A DNA stretch of 64,000 bases from Heteronotia binoei (lineage: Eukaryota). Positions 48,006 to 64,000 of this stretch are shown here, piece by piece (within the stretch, counting starts at the first letter, position 1; each line of letters begins with the position of its first letter). Location of the stretch: assembly GCF_032191835.1 (NCBI RefSeq), contig NC_083239.1:39060001-39124000 (forward strand). The letters run 5' to 3'. Made by a program: the position numbers and the translations under genes. The notes under the pieces are model-generated. The model was not told where the DNA came from and searched no databases. It was given only the letters and a program-made list of their open reading frames with translations.

Positions 48006-50879
48006 ATTCTAAATAAAAACTGGTTGGTCTTAAAGGTGCCACTTGACTCCTGCTTTGTTCAACAGATTCAACTCCGTGGAGGCCCCTAGGCCGTCCAAAT
48101 CTCAGGGGGGGTGGGGGCCTTGCAAATTATCTCAGAGTTGGAGTGCCTGCCCCACTGCCTGCGGCCCCCTCTGCAGCCGCAGACACTTTCCCAAAAGCCT
48201 CTTTGACAAAATTGCGGGGAAAGATGAAGATTCTAAGAAGATTGCAGATTTATAACCCGCCCTTCTCTCTGAATCAGAGACTCAGAGCAGTTTACAATCT
48301 CCTATATCTTCTCCCCCCACAACAGACACCCTGTGAGGTAGGTGGGGCTGAGAGCTCTCCCAGCAGCTTCCCTTTCAAGGACAACCTCTGCCAGAGCTAT
48401 GGCTGACCCAAGGCCATTCCAGCAGCTGAAAGTGGAGGGAGGAGTGGGGAATCAAACCCGGTTCTCCCAGATAAGAGTCCGCACACTTAACCACTACACC
48501 AAACTGAAGAAACAGAGAGAGGCAAGCTTAGTTATGATGCCAGCAGCCGCACCAGACAAATTGGGCAAAGAGCACCTCAGTTGCTGGCTGCGCACGGAAG
48601 CTGGGAAGGGCTGCAAACGGGGAAAACCAAGGGGGAAAGCCAGCCTGGGGCCCCTAAAGGCATGGGGACCCATAGGTCAATGCCTACTTGGCCTAATTGT
48701 TATCCATCCCTGCTGGGTTTGTGAACTGAAAGACCTACCACTTGCCCATAGAGTTATCAACCTCTGGATGTGGCCTGGTGCTATGCATGCCAGCCTCCAG
48801 GTGGGACCTGGGCATCCCCTGGAATTTACAGATCTCTGGACAACAGAGATCAATTCTACTGAAAAAAATGGAGGGTGGACTCTAGGGCATTCATTGTCCA
48901 CAGAGGTCCCTGTCCTCCCCAGGCTTCACCCCCAAATCTCTCAGGGGTTTCCCAGCCTGAAGTTGGCACCCCTCCCCTTCATTCCCCAGGCCCCGGGGTG
49001 TGGGGAGGAATCTGACAATCCTAAATAGGGTTGCCAACCGCCAGATATCCCGCTATTATGTCTGATTTTCAAACAACTGAGATCAGTTCTCCCTGAGAAA
49101 ATGACTGCTGGGAGTCAGGGGGTGTGGCCTAATATGCAAATGAGTTCCTGCTGGGCTTTTTTTAACACAAAAAGCCCTGTGTGAAACAATGGTGTTATCA
49201 GGGGGTGTGGCCTAAGAAGACTATGACAAATGCAGATTTATACCCCACCCTTCTCTCTGAATCAGAGAGGCTTACAATCTCCTATATCTTCTCCCCTCAC
49301 AACAGACACCCTCTCACAGCAGCTGCCCTTTCAAGGACAACCTCTGCCAGAGCTATGGCTGACCCAAGGTCATTCCAGCAGCTGCAAGTGGAGGAGTGGG
49401 GAATCAAACCCGGTCCTCCCAGATAAGAGTCTGCACACTTAACCACTACACCAAACTGGCTCTCGATATGCAAATGAGTTCCTGCTGGGCTTGTTCTACC
49501 AAAAAGCCCTGTGTGAAACAATGGTGACATCAGGTGGTGTGGCCTAATATGCAAATAAATCCCCGCTGGGCTTTTTCTACCCAAAAAAGGCCTGCTTTAA
49601 AGGATAGATTCTATGGCATTAGAAATCGCTGAAGTCTCTCCCCTCCCCCAAACCCTACCTTTCCCCAGATTCTACACCCAACTCAGGTCTGCTAACTTAA
49701 GGCCTAGAGATCTCCCATAAACATATCTCCAGATTAGAGATCACTTCCCCGGAGAAAATGGCTGCTTTACAGGGTGACACTATGGCAGTATATGCCACGG
49801 AGGTCCTTCCGCTCCCCCAACCCTGCTCTTCCACAGGCTTCACCCCCAAATCACCAGGAATCCCCAACAGCAGCAGTGTTCCCTCTAAGCTGAGTTAACA
49901 TGAGCTAGCTCACAGGTTTTAAGCTTCCAGCTCACACATTTTTGTGTTAGCTCAGGAATGATGACCCCAGAGAATAATAATTTATGCAGCAGCTCACCAC
50001 TTTAATACCAGTAGCTCACAAAGTAGAATTTTTGCTCACAAGACTCCGCAGCTTAGATTGAACATTGGCTGGCAGCAGGGTTCCCTCTAAGCTGAGTGTG
50101 CGCTAGTTCACAGTTTTTGGGCCTCCAGCTCACATATTTTTGTCTTAGCTCAGGAAAGATGGCCACAGAACAAAGTAATTTATGTAGCAGCTCACAAATT
50201 TAATGCCAGTAGCTCTCTAATTTATTGCAGTAGCTCACAGCTTTAATGCCAGTAGCACACAAGATAGAATTTTTGCTCACAAGGCTCCATAGCTTAGGAA
50301 CATCGGTTAGCAGCCCTGCTTACCTCACTGAGGACACCAAGTGTACTGATGTATTAGTTCCAGTATACTGCTCACACAATATTAAGTGTACTTAGTGCTT
50401 CTTAGTTAAAAGGATGCTCCTCATAAGAATGCTTGGGGATACAACCTCAGACTTACCTGTGTGTAACTCTCATTGGACCAAATGAGACTTCCCTCTGAAT
50501 TTCACTAACTGCGGCTAGTAAAAGTACTAGGGAGAAAGTCCTATTGACCTCAGAGGGACCAGTTGCTGAGTTCATAGAAGCGAGTTGCCGAAATACTATT
50601 TTGTTAGTATTAAACAATCTGTTATTTAAAAAATATGGAGAAAGCCTGCCTTTTTCCCAAGAAACTGGGAACCAGAATGCTTAGTAAGGATAAAATAAAT
50701 AAAACTGAAATAAACCAGAAGTAAACGCAGATATAAATAAAGTACACCTTTTAGCAATAAAAGCAAAATAAATAATTATATACATAAAATATATGTTTTT
50801 TTTTCAAAAATTATAAGATTCTAAGGAGAAAATTGGGCCTCTGGGGGGGAAAAACCCACAATATTTATACGTTTGCAGC

Positions 50880-52750
<1,871 letters not shown>

Positions 52751-55700
52751 GACGCCTATAGGGGTATGTGACCCTGTGAACTACCCACACCCGTTGAGGG
52801 TTTAGGGAATGCATAACTCTTAATTCGTGTGGAATCCCGCATGGGGATGTGTCCCCTGTACTTGCAGCATGACTTAATGAAACCTGAAAGATGATAATCC
52901 CGTAGGGCAGGGGTGTCAAATATCTGGCCCGGGGTCCAAATCATGCCCCCAGAGGGCTCCTATCAGGCTCCTGAGCAACTGGCTGTCATCTGCTTCCTTC
53001 TCCCTCTCTCTTATTTCTGAATCACAGCTTGCTTTGCAAAGCTTGCTCAGTAGCACAGGAGCTACAGACCAAAGCCTCTGTTTTCTCCATTGGCTGAGGC
53101 TCCTCCCTTGTGGAGGAAGCGGGGGGGGGGAGGTATAGCTTGCTTTGCCAGGCTCTCTCAATCCCACAGCAGAGCTGCTGAGCCAAGCCTCTCTTCCTTT
53201 TATTAAGGATGAGTTTCCTCCTCCTCTTGTTCCCCTGCGGAAGGAAGGAAAGAGCCAGAGCTTCCTTTGGCAAGTTCCCTGGACCCCATGGGAAAAATAC
53301 AAAAAAAGCACCTTTAAGACTGAGTGCTAATATTTTAAGGATGTTTTAAGGGTTTAAAAAAAATTGTGTGTTTTTCTGTGTCCTTTATAAAATTTATGTC
53401 TCTGCTACCTAATCATAAATAGGTACACACATGGCCCCGCCCAACCCGACATGGCCAGACAACCTCTCATTTATGTCAGATTCGGCCCTCATAGACACCC
53501 CTGGTTTAGGGAATGCATAGCTCTTAAATTTGTGGAATCCCATTGTGAAATCCCACGTGGGGATGGGCATGGAGCTGGATTGAGTCCCCTGTGCTTGCAG
53601 CATGATTTAATGAAACCTGATATTAATCCCATAGGGGGTAATCCTGTGTTAGTTCGCTGCAGCAGAGTAGACCAGGAGTCCAGTATGCCCACAAGACAGA
53701 GCTTGACAAGTCCCAGGTTGCCATGGCCCCTAGACCTTTCACGGTGGCCCCAGGAAATGACAACAATAACTTTTTTGCTGTGGCTCTTAGCAATCTTCTG
53801 TAGTGGAACAAAGCTTGTCTATCGTTTCCCACCAGAGTGCTCTGTTGTATGACAAAAAAGGTGCATTGAGTTGTTTCTTACTAGTTTGCCCTATTCAGCT
53901 GCGGTAGAGGACCAGTTGCTTCCAATATTGGCTTTAATATCAAATGGAACTTTAAAAATGAATAATGAAATTATAAGAACTTGGGAAGAAGGCTAGGCCT
54001 GGGGCGGCCAAACTGCGACTCGGGAGGCACATGTGACTCTTTCACACATAATGTGTGGCTCTTGAAAGAAAACAGCTTTAATTTTAAACATCTTCTCTGT
54101 CGGTCAGCTTGGAGAAGGCATTTAAAGTTAAAGCTGTTTTCTTTCCACCTCTCCTCCCGTCTATTTTCCTTCCTTCCTTGCAGCTTTCAAGCGTCTGACT
54201 TTCATGCCTTGTGGTTCTCAAACATCTGACATTTATTCTATGTGGCTCTTACATTAAGCAAGTTTGGCCACCCCCAGGCTAGGCTTTATTGTAGTGATGG
54301 CAGCCATGGTTACCACCCCTGTTGTTCACCTGTATGCTACAACAACTGTCGTAGCGTTAATAAAAGTATGAGAAACGGTGAAGAATTTAGGATTAGGGTT
54401 TGCGGTAGCAGTCATTGGGAAGTGTGATCATTAAAGTGAACTCTGAAGGCTGAGCACTGAGCATGGCTCCAAAATTCTGGGGCTGCCTCTTAGAGCCAAA
54501 GAACATTTATCCAGGCCTGCCTTAAAGAGCAGCAAAATTGATTCTGACATGAGGTTTTATGAATCAGAACTCACTTAGGATGTGGTGGAAGAAATGTTGT
54601 CGGCTTCTGTTGCCCCTGGACTTCTGTTCCTATGAGAGAAGTAGAGTCCAGCAGCAATGTGTGGCAAGGTAGGAGCTTTTGTGAGTCTTGGCTCACTTTT
54701 TCAGATACTACTTCAGATTTTTCAGGTATCTGAAGAAATGAGCAGTGACTCCTGAAAGAGCCTGCACTACCACGAATTCAGTTAGTCTTTAAAATGCTGT
54801 TGGACTCTTGATCTTTTCAACTGCTAAAAGGTCAAGGTCGTCCCCTTTGCAAGCACCAGTTGTTTTCGACTCTGGGGTGATGTTGCTTTCACGTTTTCAT
54901 GGCAGACTTTTTACGGGGTGGGTTGCCATTGCCTTCCCCAGTCATCTACACTTCCCCCCCAGCAAGCCGGGGACTCATTTGACCGACCTCAGAAGGATGG
55001 AAGGCTGAGTCAACCTCAAGCCGGCTACCTGAACCAGCTTCCGCTGGGATCGAACTCTGGTCATGAGCAGAGGGCTGCAACTGCAGTGCGGCAGCTTTAC
55101 CACTCTGCACCATGAGGCTCTTTTTCAACTCTACCCATCTTGATCTATGAGAGAAAGGTTGTCACTGATGAAATTTGACAAGCTAGACCCTTATGCCCGA
55201 TGCTGGATCCTGTCTGTACATGAAATCATATCAGAAATTGGGTTAGGGTTAGGGTTAGAGACACGAGGGGGCATGGTGCCCACGCGAAAGAAATCCTGTG
55301 AGTTGATTCAGCGGCACAGCATTGGCTTCTGGGGATGGCTTGGCAATATTCTTCAGTATTGTCCCTTGAAAGACAACATGGCTGTTGTGGGTGTGGTGGG
55401 ATTTGGCAAAAACAGCACTTCAGGTGCATTCCATAATTAGCTGGTTCTGTTTATATGTAAAACAGATCCTTGCTCTGAGATGCTCATGTTTCTAAGTTTC
55501 AGTTGGGATGGGGGGAGGTAGAATGGCAAGCAGGGAGGACTCACATCAGAGATCAGCTGCGCAGATGCAGCTGATCTTCGATAAGGTCCTTGAGAGAATT
55601 CGGAATTGAAGATGTGATGATTTTCTGGCTTTGGCTGGATTGTAACCTTTGCTGCATTTTGGGTATGTCTGTCCCATGGGAGGTTTTTTTTCTGTCCTCG

Positions 55701-58094
55701 CTTTCCCCTGTTGTTGAGTTTAAATTGCAGGGGTGGCCAAACCACAGCTTGGGAGCTGCATGTGGCTCTTCCATGCATATTGTGTGGCTCTCAAAACCTC
55801 CACTGCCCCATCAGCCAGCTTGGAGAAGGCATTTGTCTTTAAAACACTTCTCTGAGCCAACTCAGCCAGTGCCTTGGAGAATGCAAAGTTAAAGTTGCTT
55901 TCTTTCCACTTCTCTCCCTCCCCATCTATTTTCCTTCCTTCCGTCCGTCCGTGGCTTTCAAATATCTAATGTTCATGTCCTGCAGCTCTCAAACATCTGA
56001 TGTGTATTCTATGTGGCTCTTACACTAAGCAAGCTTGGCCACCCCTGTTGAATTGTATGCGCTTGGGGGAGCAGAGCCCTTTCCCCATCTTTATGAAGAC
56101 CCTGTAAAACAGCACACGTGTCAGACATTGCCAATTCTGTATAAAGAACACTAAGGCTCCCAGTGGATTATTGAAAGGGCATTCCACACTGTGCCTTTGG
56201 GTGCTGCTAAACCCCTCGCAGCATTGGGGTGGCGACAGCAGCGGCTACCTGAAGCGATTTAGGCAGCAAGTCTTGTGCATTGACTGATCTCGTATTGAAA
56301 TAAACTAAACTGAACGGTATGCCAGGCCTGAATGGTTAGCCCCTGTTGTTTCCCTGCCTCGCTAGCCCTGCCTAGGGTTCTCTTCACCAGCTTGTCTCTC
56401 TGAGGACGTATCAAGGCAAAACTGGAACTCGCTCGGCAGGTCGGCCCAGTGACACAGCAAGGGGGAGTGGGACAGGGTGGGACTTGGTATATCTGAAACC
56501 CCAGGAGCAGCCGTGCAGCAGTAGTAAAGGCAGGGCTGGGAGTTGTTCTTTCTCATGTTCCCTAGCCATGAAGTTGATTGTCGTGTGTTGCGTTCATGGC
56601 TTGAAGAATGTCGAAGTGGTTAGTCACCTTGCAACAGCGAAAGAAAAAAAAGAGAGGGGGGGAGCAATAAGCTTTAAACTTAGCTTTTAAAATGGTTGGG
56701 TGCCTGCCAATACAGCCCTCTAAGCTGTGGAGTCTTGTGAGCAAAAATTCTGCTTCGTGAGCTACTCCATAAATTAGTTTGCTCTGGGCCCATTTTTCCT
56801 GAGCTAAGACAAACGTGTGAGCCAGAGGCTAAAAAAAACTGTGAGATAGCTCACACTAACTCAGCTTAGAGGGAACACTGGTGCCTACACACCTGTGGTG
56901 AATAACGAATCACCTTCAGGCAACCACAGAGCAGGGGTGTCAAACATGCAGTTCGGGGGCCGAATCAGGCCCCCGGAGGACTTCTATCAGGCCCCTGAGC
57001 AACCGGTTGTCATCTGCTTCCTTCTCCCTCTCTCTTGCCTCCTTCTGCATAACAGCTTGCTTTGCAAGGCTTGCTCAGTTGCACAGGAGCTACAGAACAA
57101 AACCTCTCTTTTCTCCATTGGCAGAGGCTCCTCCCTTGGGGAGGAATAGCTTGCTTTGCCAGGCTCTCTCGGTTGCACAGCAGAGCTACTGAGCTAAGCC
57201 TCTCTTCCTTCTATTGACTGAGGCTCCTTCCCCATCCCCTGGGGAAGGAAGGAAAGAGCCAGAGCTTCTTTTGCCCAGTTCCCTGGATCCCACGGGAGAA
57301 ATACAAAGAAAGCACCTTTAAGACGAGTGCTAACGTTTTATGCATGTTTTAAGTTTAAAAAGGAATATATTTGTGTTTGTGTTCTTTATAAAAATTTATA
57401 TCTCTGCTACCTAATTGTAAATAGGTACACACATGGCTTGGCCCAGCATGACATGGCCTGGCCCAGCAAGGTCTCTCTTATGTCAGATCTGTCCCTCATT
57501 ACAAATGAGTTTGACATCAGTTTCCCCCCCCCCCTTTTCTCTCATTGTCTCTGTGTACCCAAAGCAATAATTTTTCTAGCGGTGTGGGCATATTAAACCA
57601 ATGTATTAAACCAAAATGTTCTGAAACATTGTGCGCATATCTTGGTGGCATATCACTAAAACAGGGGTGGCCAAACTCGCTTAATGGAAGAGCCACATAG
57701 AATAAACATTAGACGTGAGCATCAGATGTTTGAGAAAAAGAAGGAAGGGAAGGCAAATAGATCAGGGAAGGGGAGGGAAGAAGCGGAAAGAAAGCAACTT
57801 TAACTTTCTAAGCATTCTCCAAACTGCCAGTCAGCTTGGCTTGGAGAAGTGATTTAAAGAGACAAATGCCTTCTCCAAGTTGGGCAGTGGGGACTTTCAC
57901 AATGCGTGTGAAAGAGCCACAGTTTGGCCACCCCGATCTAAAACTTGCTGTTGCAGAGTTTGTCCAAGCTTAGCTGCGATCCTGCAAGGGCCAGTCTTGA
58001 CCCTTTGGGGCTGGTGCTTTCCCATCTGCTGCGTCCCGCTCCTTCGCCGGCCTAGCATAGGGAATAGCCTCCTCAGGCGACAGTAGAGTGATAT

Positions 58095-58695
58095 TAGGAA
58101 GATAAGCCCCTGTATAAATCGATGGTGCGGTCTCATTTGGAGTACTGTGTGCAGTTCTGGTCGCCGCACCTCAAAAAGGATATTATAGCATTGGAGAAAA
58201 TCCAGAAAAGGGCAACTAGAATGATTAAAGGGCTGGAACACTTTCCCTATGAAGAAAGGTTGAAACGTTTGGGCCTCTTTAGCTTGGAGAAACGTCGACT
58301 GCGGGGTGACATGATAGAGTTTTACAAGATAATGCAAGGGATGGAGAAAGTAGAGAAAGAAATACTTTTCTCCCTTTCTCGCAATACAAGAACTCGTGGG
58401 CATTCGATGAAATTGCTGAGCAGCCAGGTTAAAACGGATAAAAGGAAGTACTTCTTCACCCAAAGGGTGATTAACATGTGGAATTCACTGCCACAGGAGG
58501 TGGTGGCGGCCACAAGCATGGCCACCTTCAAGAGGGGTTTAGATAAAAATATGGAGCAGAGGTCCATCAGTGTCTATTAGCCACAGTGTGTGTGTGTGTG
58601 TGTGTATATAATTTTTTTTGGCCACTGTGTGACACAGAGTGTTGGACTGGATGGGCCATTGGCCTGATCCAACATGGCTTCTCTTATGTTCTTAA
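58095..58695 (+). mobile_element. CR1 LINE 3' end in PPP2R1A intron 1 (related fragments: minus 5843-6300 and 59198-59560; plus 30760-31100)
   Basis: VRSHLEYCVQFWSPHLKKDIIALEKIQKRATRMI...RGHSMKL...FFTQRVINMWNSLP, with a (TTCTTATG) tail. Confidence 0.92.
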
Positions 58696-61617
58696 GACCA
58701 TGAACCTGAACCCTTGGGAAGTTCTGAACTGCTAATGAACCATTGCCGTTCCCTGCTGTAAGCCTCTTTGCTAGAGCAGGCTTAGAAATACAAATGGTGG
58801 AAGGTCTGGGATAGATTGAGTGGAACGGCTCTTAGTTGTAGTTAAGAGCTGTGGGCTTATGTGAATTTCTCCTCTGTGAGCTTCTAAAGCCAGATGTTTG
58901 GTCTCCGCTTAATGAAAGTGATTGATTTGGTTTACTTCTTTGTTTCATTAGTCTTTCACTGCCCCCTCCTGCACTGCAAGGCTCAGGGAGGGTGACGGTT
59001 AAACAACAATAGCATAACTTTGTTATTAAAGCGAGATTTCCATCACTATAAGATCAGACGGCAGTAAAGGCACAAATAGCATAGTTTTGCCGGGTGATGT
59101 TGTGCCAACTGTGTGTTAGTGGAGGTTCAGTGACATATAATAGATGGCAGGGAGGGAGCTGGGGGAGGCCAGCGTAGATGGAGATTTCACCGCCTCATAA
59201 GAACGTAAGAAGAGCCTTGTTGGATCAGGCCACTGGCCCATCCAGTCCAGTGTTCTGTGTCACACAGTAACCAAAAAAACAGGTGCCATCGAGAGGTCCA
59301 CCAGTGGGTCCAGGACACTGGAAGCCCTCCCACTGTGCCCCCCCCCCAAGCACCAAGAATACAGAGCATCACTTGCCCCAGACAGAGTGTTCAAACAATA
59401 CCCTGTAGCTGATAGCCACTGATAGACCTCTGCTCCATGTATTGATCCAATCCCCTCTTGAAGCTGCCTATGCTTGTAGCTGCCAACACCTCCTGTGGCA
59501 GTGATTTCCGTGTGTTAATCACCCTTTGGGGCGAAGAAGCACTTCCTTTTATTCATTCTCAACCGTACGCCTGGCAAAACATTTCTGTTTTGCAGCCCCT
59601 GAGGAACCAGATCAGATCCATTCTGAAGCGCATTGGAGAGATTTAGGAGAGAGCAAGACCGATTCCGCATTTAGCACTTGCCTCCCTTCTGTGCGGGGGC
59701 TCCTCAAGGTGGCTCTTTTTTTCCCGGATCCTACTTTGGCATCTCTGGATCGGGGCTGCGTGTTCCCTGCTTGCTTCTGCCTGCACAAACTCGAGAGCCG
59801 AGAACAAGACCAGGACAAAGGCCAGTGCGGAATCAGTCCCGAGAATCCAGTGACACCTTGAACGCTAACAAAATTTGCTTCAAGGTATGAGGTTTCATGA
59901 GTCAGTGCTCTTGTAGTCTGCCACAAATGTTGCCAGTCTTTAAGGAGTTACTGGAATCTTCCACTGCTACAAACTTTACCAAAACAGTTGCCGTCTTGAT
60001 CTGTCTTCTTGAGGAGACTTATTAGTGGAATCATTGCTGGGAGAAAAATCTATCCAGTTGGACGTCAAAATTGGACAACACTAGTGCTTAGGTAGCTGCA
60101 TTGTCAGGAACGCGATCATGTGTGTGTGTCCCACTGTGTGCTTATTTGCAAGTAGGAAGAAGAAGACTGCAGATTTATACCCTGCCCTTCTCTCTGAATC
60201 AGAGACTCAGAGCGGCTTCCAATCTCCTATATCTTTTCCCCCCACAACAGATACCCTGTGAGGTGGATGGGGCTGAGAGGGCTCTCACAGCAGCTGCCCT
60301 TTCAAGGACAACCTCTGCCAGAGCTATGGCTGACCCAAGGCCATTCCAGCAACTGCAAGTGGAGGAGTGGGGAATCAAACCCGGTCCTCTCAGATAAGAG
60401 AGTCTGCACACTTAACCACTCTACCAAACTGGCTCTCAACAAGTTCTATCAACACAAAAAAAGAAGATACTGAATTTATATCCTGCCCTATACTCTGAAT
60501 CTCAGAGTGGCTCACAGCCTCCTTTACTTTCTTCTCCCCACAACAGACACCCTGTGAAGTAGGTAGGTCTGAGAGAGCTCTCCCGGAAGCTGCCCTATCA
60601 AGGACAACACCTGCGATAGCTGTGGCTGACCCAAGGCCGTTCCAGCAGCTGTAAGTGGAGGAGTGGGGAATCAAACCCAGTTCTCCCAGATAAGAGTCTG
60701 CACACTTAACCACTACACCAAACTGGCTCTCAATTGGATTGTAGCTAAAGGTACGAGAACGAACAGGGATCGTTCTTGTGTTGATTGGAGAAATAATGCT
60801 GCCTAGATTAATAGAAGCAACAGGACAGATGCTGGGTTCTGGTGCTAAGAAGGATCTGCATTGCCGCAGCAGAATCTGTTGATCCTTGGGGAATACGAAG
60901 CAAAGACTCGGCTACAAGCGAGTTTGGTTGTCGTCTGTGTAACGTGCTGCTTAAACTGATGTCTGCTTCTTACTGCATAGCCTTTTTGCTTATCCGTCAT
61001 CGGTCCAGGTTGTGTGTTATGCCCCAGAGTTAAGTTGAGATTCTGCAATTCTCGCCTGTGCCTTTTCTTCTTGCAATAATGCAGCAGATCTGTAGGGGAG
61101 CTTTAGGCACAGTCTTGAGTTTTAGGAGGATGTGGGTTGCATTCCTGGCAGGTCGTATTCAGTGGGAGTCCACGAAGGCTGCTTTGCTTCTTGGCACTGT
61201 TTTTGTGCAGATAACTTCCAAGGGTGATGCTTCACTTTTTTAGTATCTCCAGTGACGGATGTAGCTGTCAGCACTCCCCATATACAACACTGGCCACAAT
61301 CTGTCTGCACGCTATCACTTATGTGTGTAAGCCATCACGCAGATGAATTTGGTGGCGTGAACCACCCACGGGTCTCTTAGCAGGTAGTTTCTCTGCCCAT
61401 ATAAAGGGAGACGCGGCTGCCGCATTTGACATGGCTTGTAAATATAAGCGTGAAAATGAAGGATGATGGGACATTAAGAATAGCTCCATGGGTACTTAAA
61501 ATGAATCTGTCTTGTTCAGAAATCTGGGATTTGTGATCTGGGGTAGAACTTTCCATTTTTTCTTAGATTTAAAGTAAGCAAGTTTACTTTACTTGGCTGA
61601 TCTTTCTGAATCTTTAA

Positions 61618-61743
<126 letters not shown>

Positions 61744-64000
61744 TAAAGCATCTAGACCTGTCATATGCTGGAGAATAGGAGTAGAGTCTAGGGCAGGGGT
61801 GGCCGAACTGTGGCTTGGGAGCCACGTGCAGCTCTTTCACGCAGATCGTGTGGCTCTTGAAGCCCCCTCCCCCAATCAGATGGTTTAGAGAAGGCATTTG
61901 TCTCTTTAAGTCACTTCTCCAAGCCAGCCAGTGGTTTGGAGAATGCATTTAAAGGGACTTTCTTTTCACCTCTTTCCATCTGTCTCCACCTTTTTTTCCC
62001 TCCCTCCCTGTCTTGTGGCTCACAAACATCTGACATTTAGCCTATGAGGCTCTTACGTGAAGCAAGTTTGGCCACCCCTGGTCTAGGATCTGCAACTCTT
62101 CTGTATGAATTAGTTTTACGTTTGCATTTATCTCATCCTAAATCTCTCTTTGAATCAGTTTTATGGTCAGTATCTCACCCTGAATTTCTGCGCGAAAGTC
62201 TCACTTCCAACGTCACGTTAAATCGCAGTAAAACATCCAGGCGCGATGTCCAGATTGACAAGTTGTCCGTCCTGCATGTAAGAGAACTGTATGGTCCAAG
62301 CTAGATGTGATGCTGGAGAATCTGTGAGCTGATTACTCCATTTTTTTAGCGTAAACATTGGGGGGGGGGGGGGCGGGGGAAGGGGAGATCAGTCCAGGCT
62401 GCGATGAGGGTCAAGAGTGATGATTAACCCTTCCGCCCCACATATTTTTTCCTGATTTCAAATGGCTTCTCTCCAAGCTTTTGTTTGCTCTATGGCAGGA
62501 ACATACAGGCAACGTGGGCGCCTCTGGCGTATAGCATCTGTAGGGGAGGGTGGAGGAGGCTGGGGTTAGGAGACGTATGTTGGAAAGGGTTGATGCCCCA
62601 TCTCCCCATTGCCTGGGTCCACAATGTCTCCTTCAGAAGGACGCTTTAAAAATGCAGATCTGTCCACAGCTCTTCCATGTCGCACTCTTCGTTTATACCT
62701 CTGAAGACATAGCTTTTGTTTAAATATTTTTATTCAGATTTTATAGGGTACAGGAAGAAAAAAGAGAAAAGCGGAAATTAGGTGGAATCAAAGGAAACGG
62801 ACATAAAAAATCATCTTATCCATAGTCTTTTTACAAAACAGCTCATAACGTAACAATACAGTCAATGCATTTCATTTCAACACCAGTCTTCTAAAGTTGC
62901 ACATTTAATTTTTGGTGCAATGTCTGTATCGGCAAACCACCATTGCCTCATCACTGCACCTCAGAAAGGGGGCACGGACCTAAGAATTTACAAAGCACGG
63001 AAGACAGAAACGAAAAGCAGACTCATGTTGGTTTTTTTAAACCACAGTTTGCTCGCTGTGTGTTTAGGGGCTCAAATGGCGCCAAAGCAGCTGACTCAAG
63101 CCGCGGTTTGGCAGGAGGCGTGAATCCAGTCAGTCTTCGGTTGCATCTGTCGCCTTTTGCATGGCAGCTGCGACTCATAAAGAACTCTCAGCGTTTGGCC
63201 GTTTCAGAGAGAGCCCTGCTGAAAGAACAGGAGCGTTCCCCACGAAAGGGACTGGAGTGGCTCCCAGTTGAGCCAGGATGCCCCAGCATGTGCCAGAAGT
63301 TTAATTTTGTCAAGCCATTATTGCAGCGCTGTCAGCTGCTTTCCATACACACTGGTGGCTTGTTGAGAAGCAAACGACAGCAGACAAATTCAGGTCGCTC
63401 CTGAGCAAAGTTTTCCATTTTGCTTTGCCCCTGCCTGAAACCAGCTGCATGCCGCGTCCCGTTCCCGCCCCTCCAGGCCATAGATGGCTCTCTGGGATGT
63501 ATATGAGTGTATTTGGCCTCTTACTAGAATGTTTAGGCTGTTTGTTTTACACTGCTTTTTCAATACTTCCATATTCTTGACATGGAGCAACCAAAAGCTT
63601 GGGGAGCTGGGGAGAAGGCATTTGCGATCAGGGAAAAAAAAATGTACGTGGGGCAGAAACATTTTACAAATCATTTTTCAGCTGTCAGGCAAGGGAAAGT
63701 CAGTTGGAGACAACGCAGATTGCCCAGCACTCAGCGTGCTGCACCCTGCTGGCCCCAGCGAATGGGTCGATTATTGAAATGCCAGATTCCTCAGCTGGAG
63801 CCCAAATTCTGTGGATGATGTTTGTGCCGTTAATTGGGGAAGCTGGCACAAACGATTTGGGGCAGTTAATTGAACTGTGGGGTGCGGTGGGAATAACCAG
63901 GGCACGTACCGAGCGTACGACATATCCACAAGCTATCGGAGTGTGTCTCTTTGCTTTGTTGTTTATAGATGTAATGGGAAGAGCTTAGGCCCGTAGCTGA

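Noticed and set aside
48342-49028. 228-aa ORF
   Set aside because: Runs through a SINE, a short unique stretch and a MITE. No domain or splice support.
50323-50456. Perfect minus-strand donors (CAG|GTAAGT at 50456, GAG|GTAAGC at 50323) as first exons of Siglec-B
   Set aside because: At least one lies in a repeat-like acttacctg motif, and they are ~0.5 kb from the island with no independent support. Only the general bidirectional hypothesis is kept.
57897-58580. 188-aa and 152-aa overlapping ORFs as host genes
   Set aside because: These are a CR1 ORF2 fragment and its antisense frame inside PPP2R1A intron 1.

Overview
Repeat-dense vertebrate DNA. The SINE, CR1, Penelope and MITE content points to a squamate, most likely a gecko (inference). 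Four genes can be read. (1) Siglec-A, minus strand, CDS 12203->637, 7 coding exons, 424 aa: signal-Vset-C-linker-C2-TM. (2) An intronless RING-Bbox-coiled-coil-PRY/SPRY TRIM gene, plus strand, 18448-19986, with its own CCAAT/CRE CpG-rich promoter. (3) Siglec-B, minus strand, CDS 43875->32748, 6 coding exons, 333 aa, lacking the third Ig domain. (4) Coding exons 1-2 of PPP2R1A, plus strand, 51558-51635 and 61648-61738. Both Siglecs keep the sialic-acid-binding Arg and use a GC-AG intron after the V-set exon. Both have a transmembrane lysine whose codon is split by a phase-2 intron, and short tyrosine-free tails, so they look like activating, DAP12-type CD33-related Siglecs. Each sits head-to-head with a CpG-island gene. 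The non-genic DNA holds several Penelope-derived minimal hammerhead ribozyme motifs (some structurally complete), long intronic hairpins, a 4-unit SINE-derived tandem array, a fold-back modular repeat, a triply interrupted Gypsy pol relic, and many SINE/CR1/hAT-MITE copies. All calls were made by eye; no database search was run.
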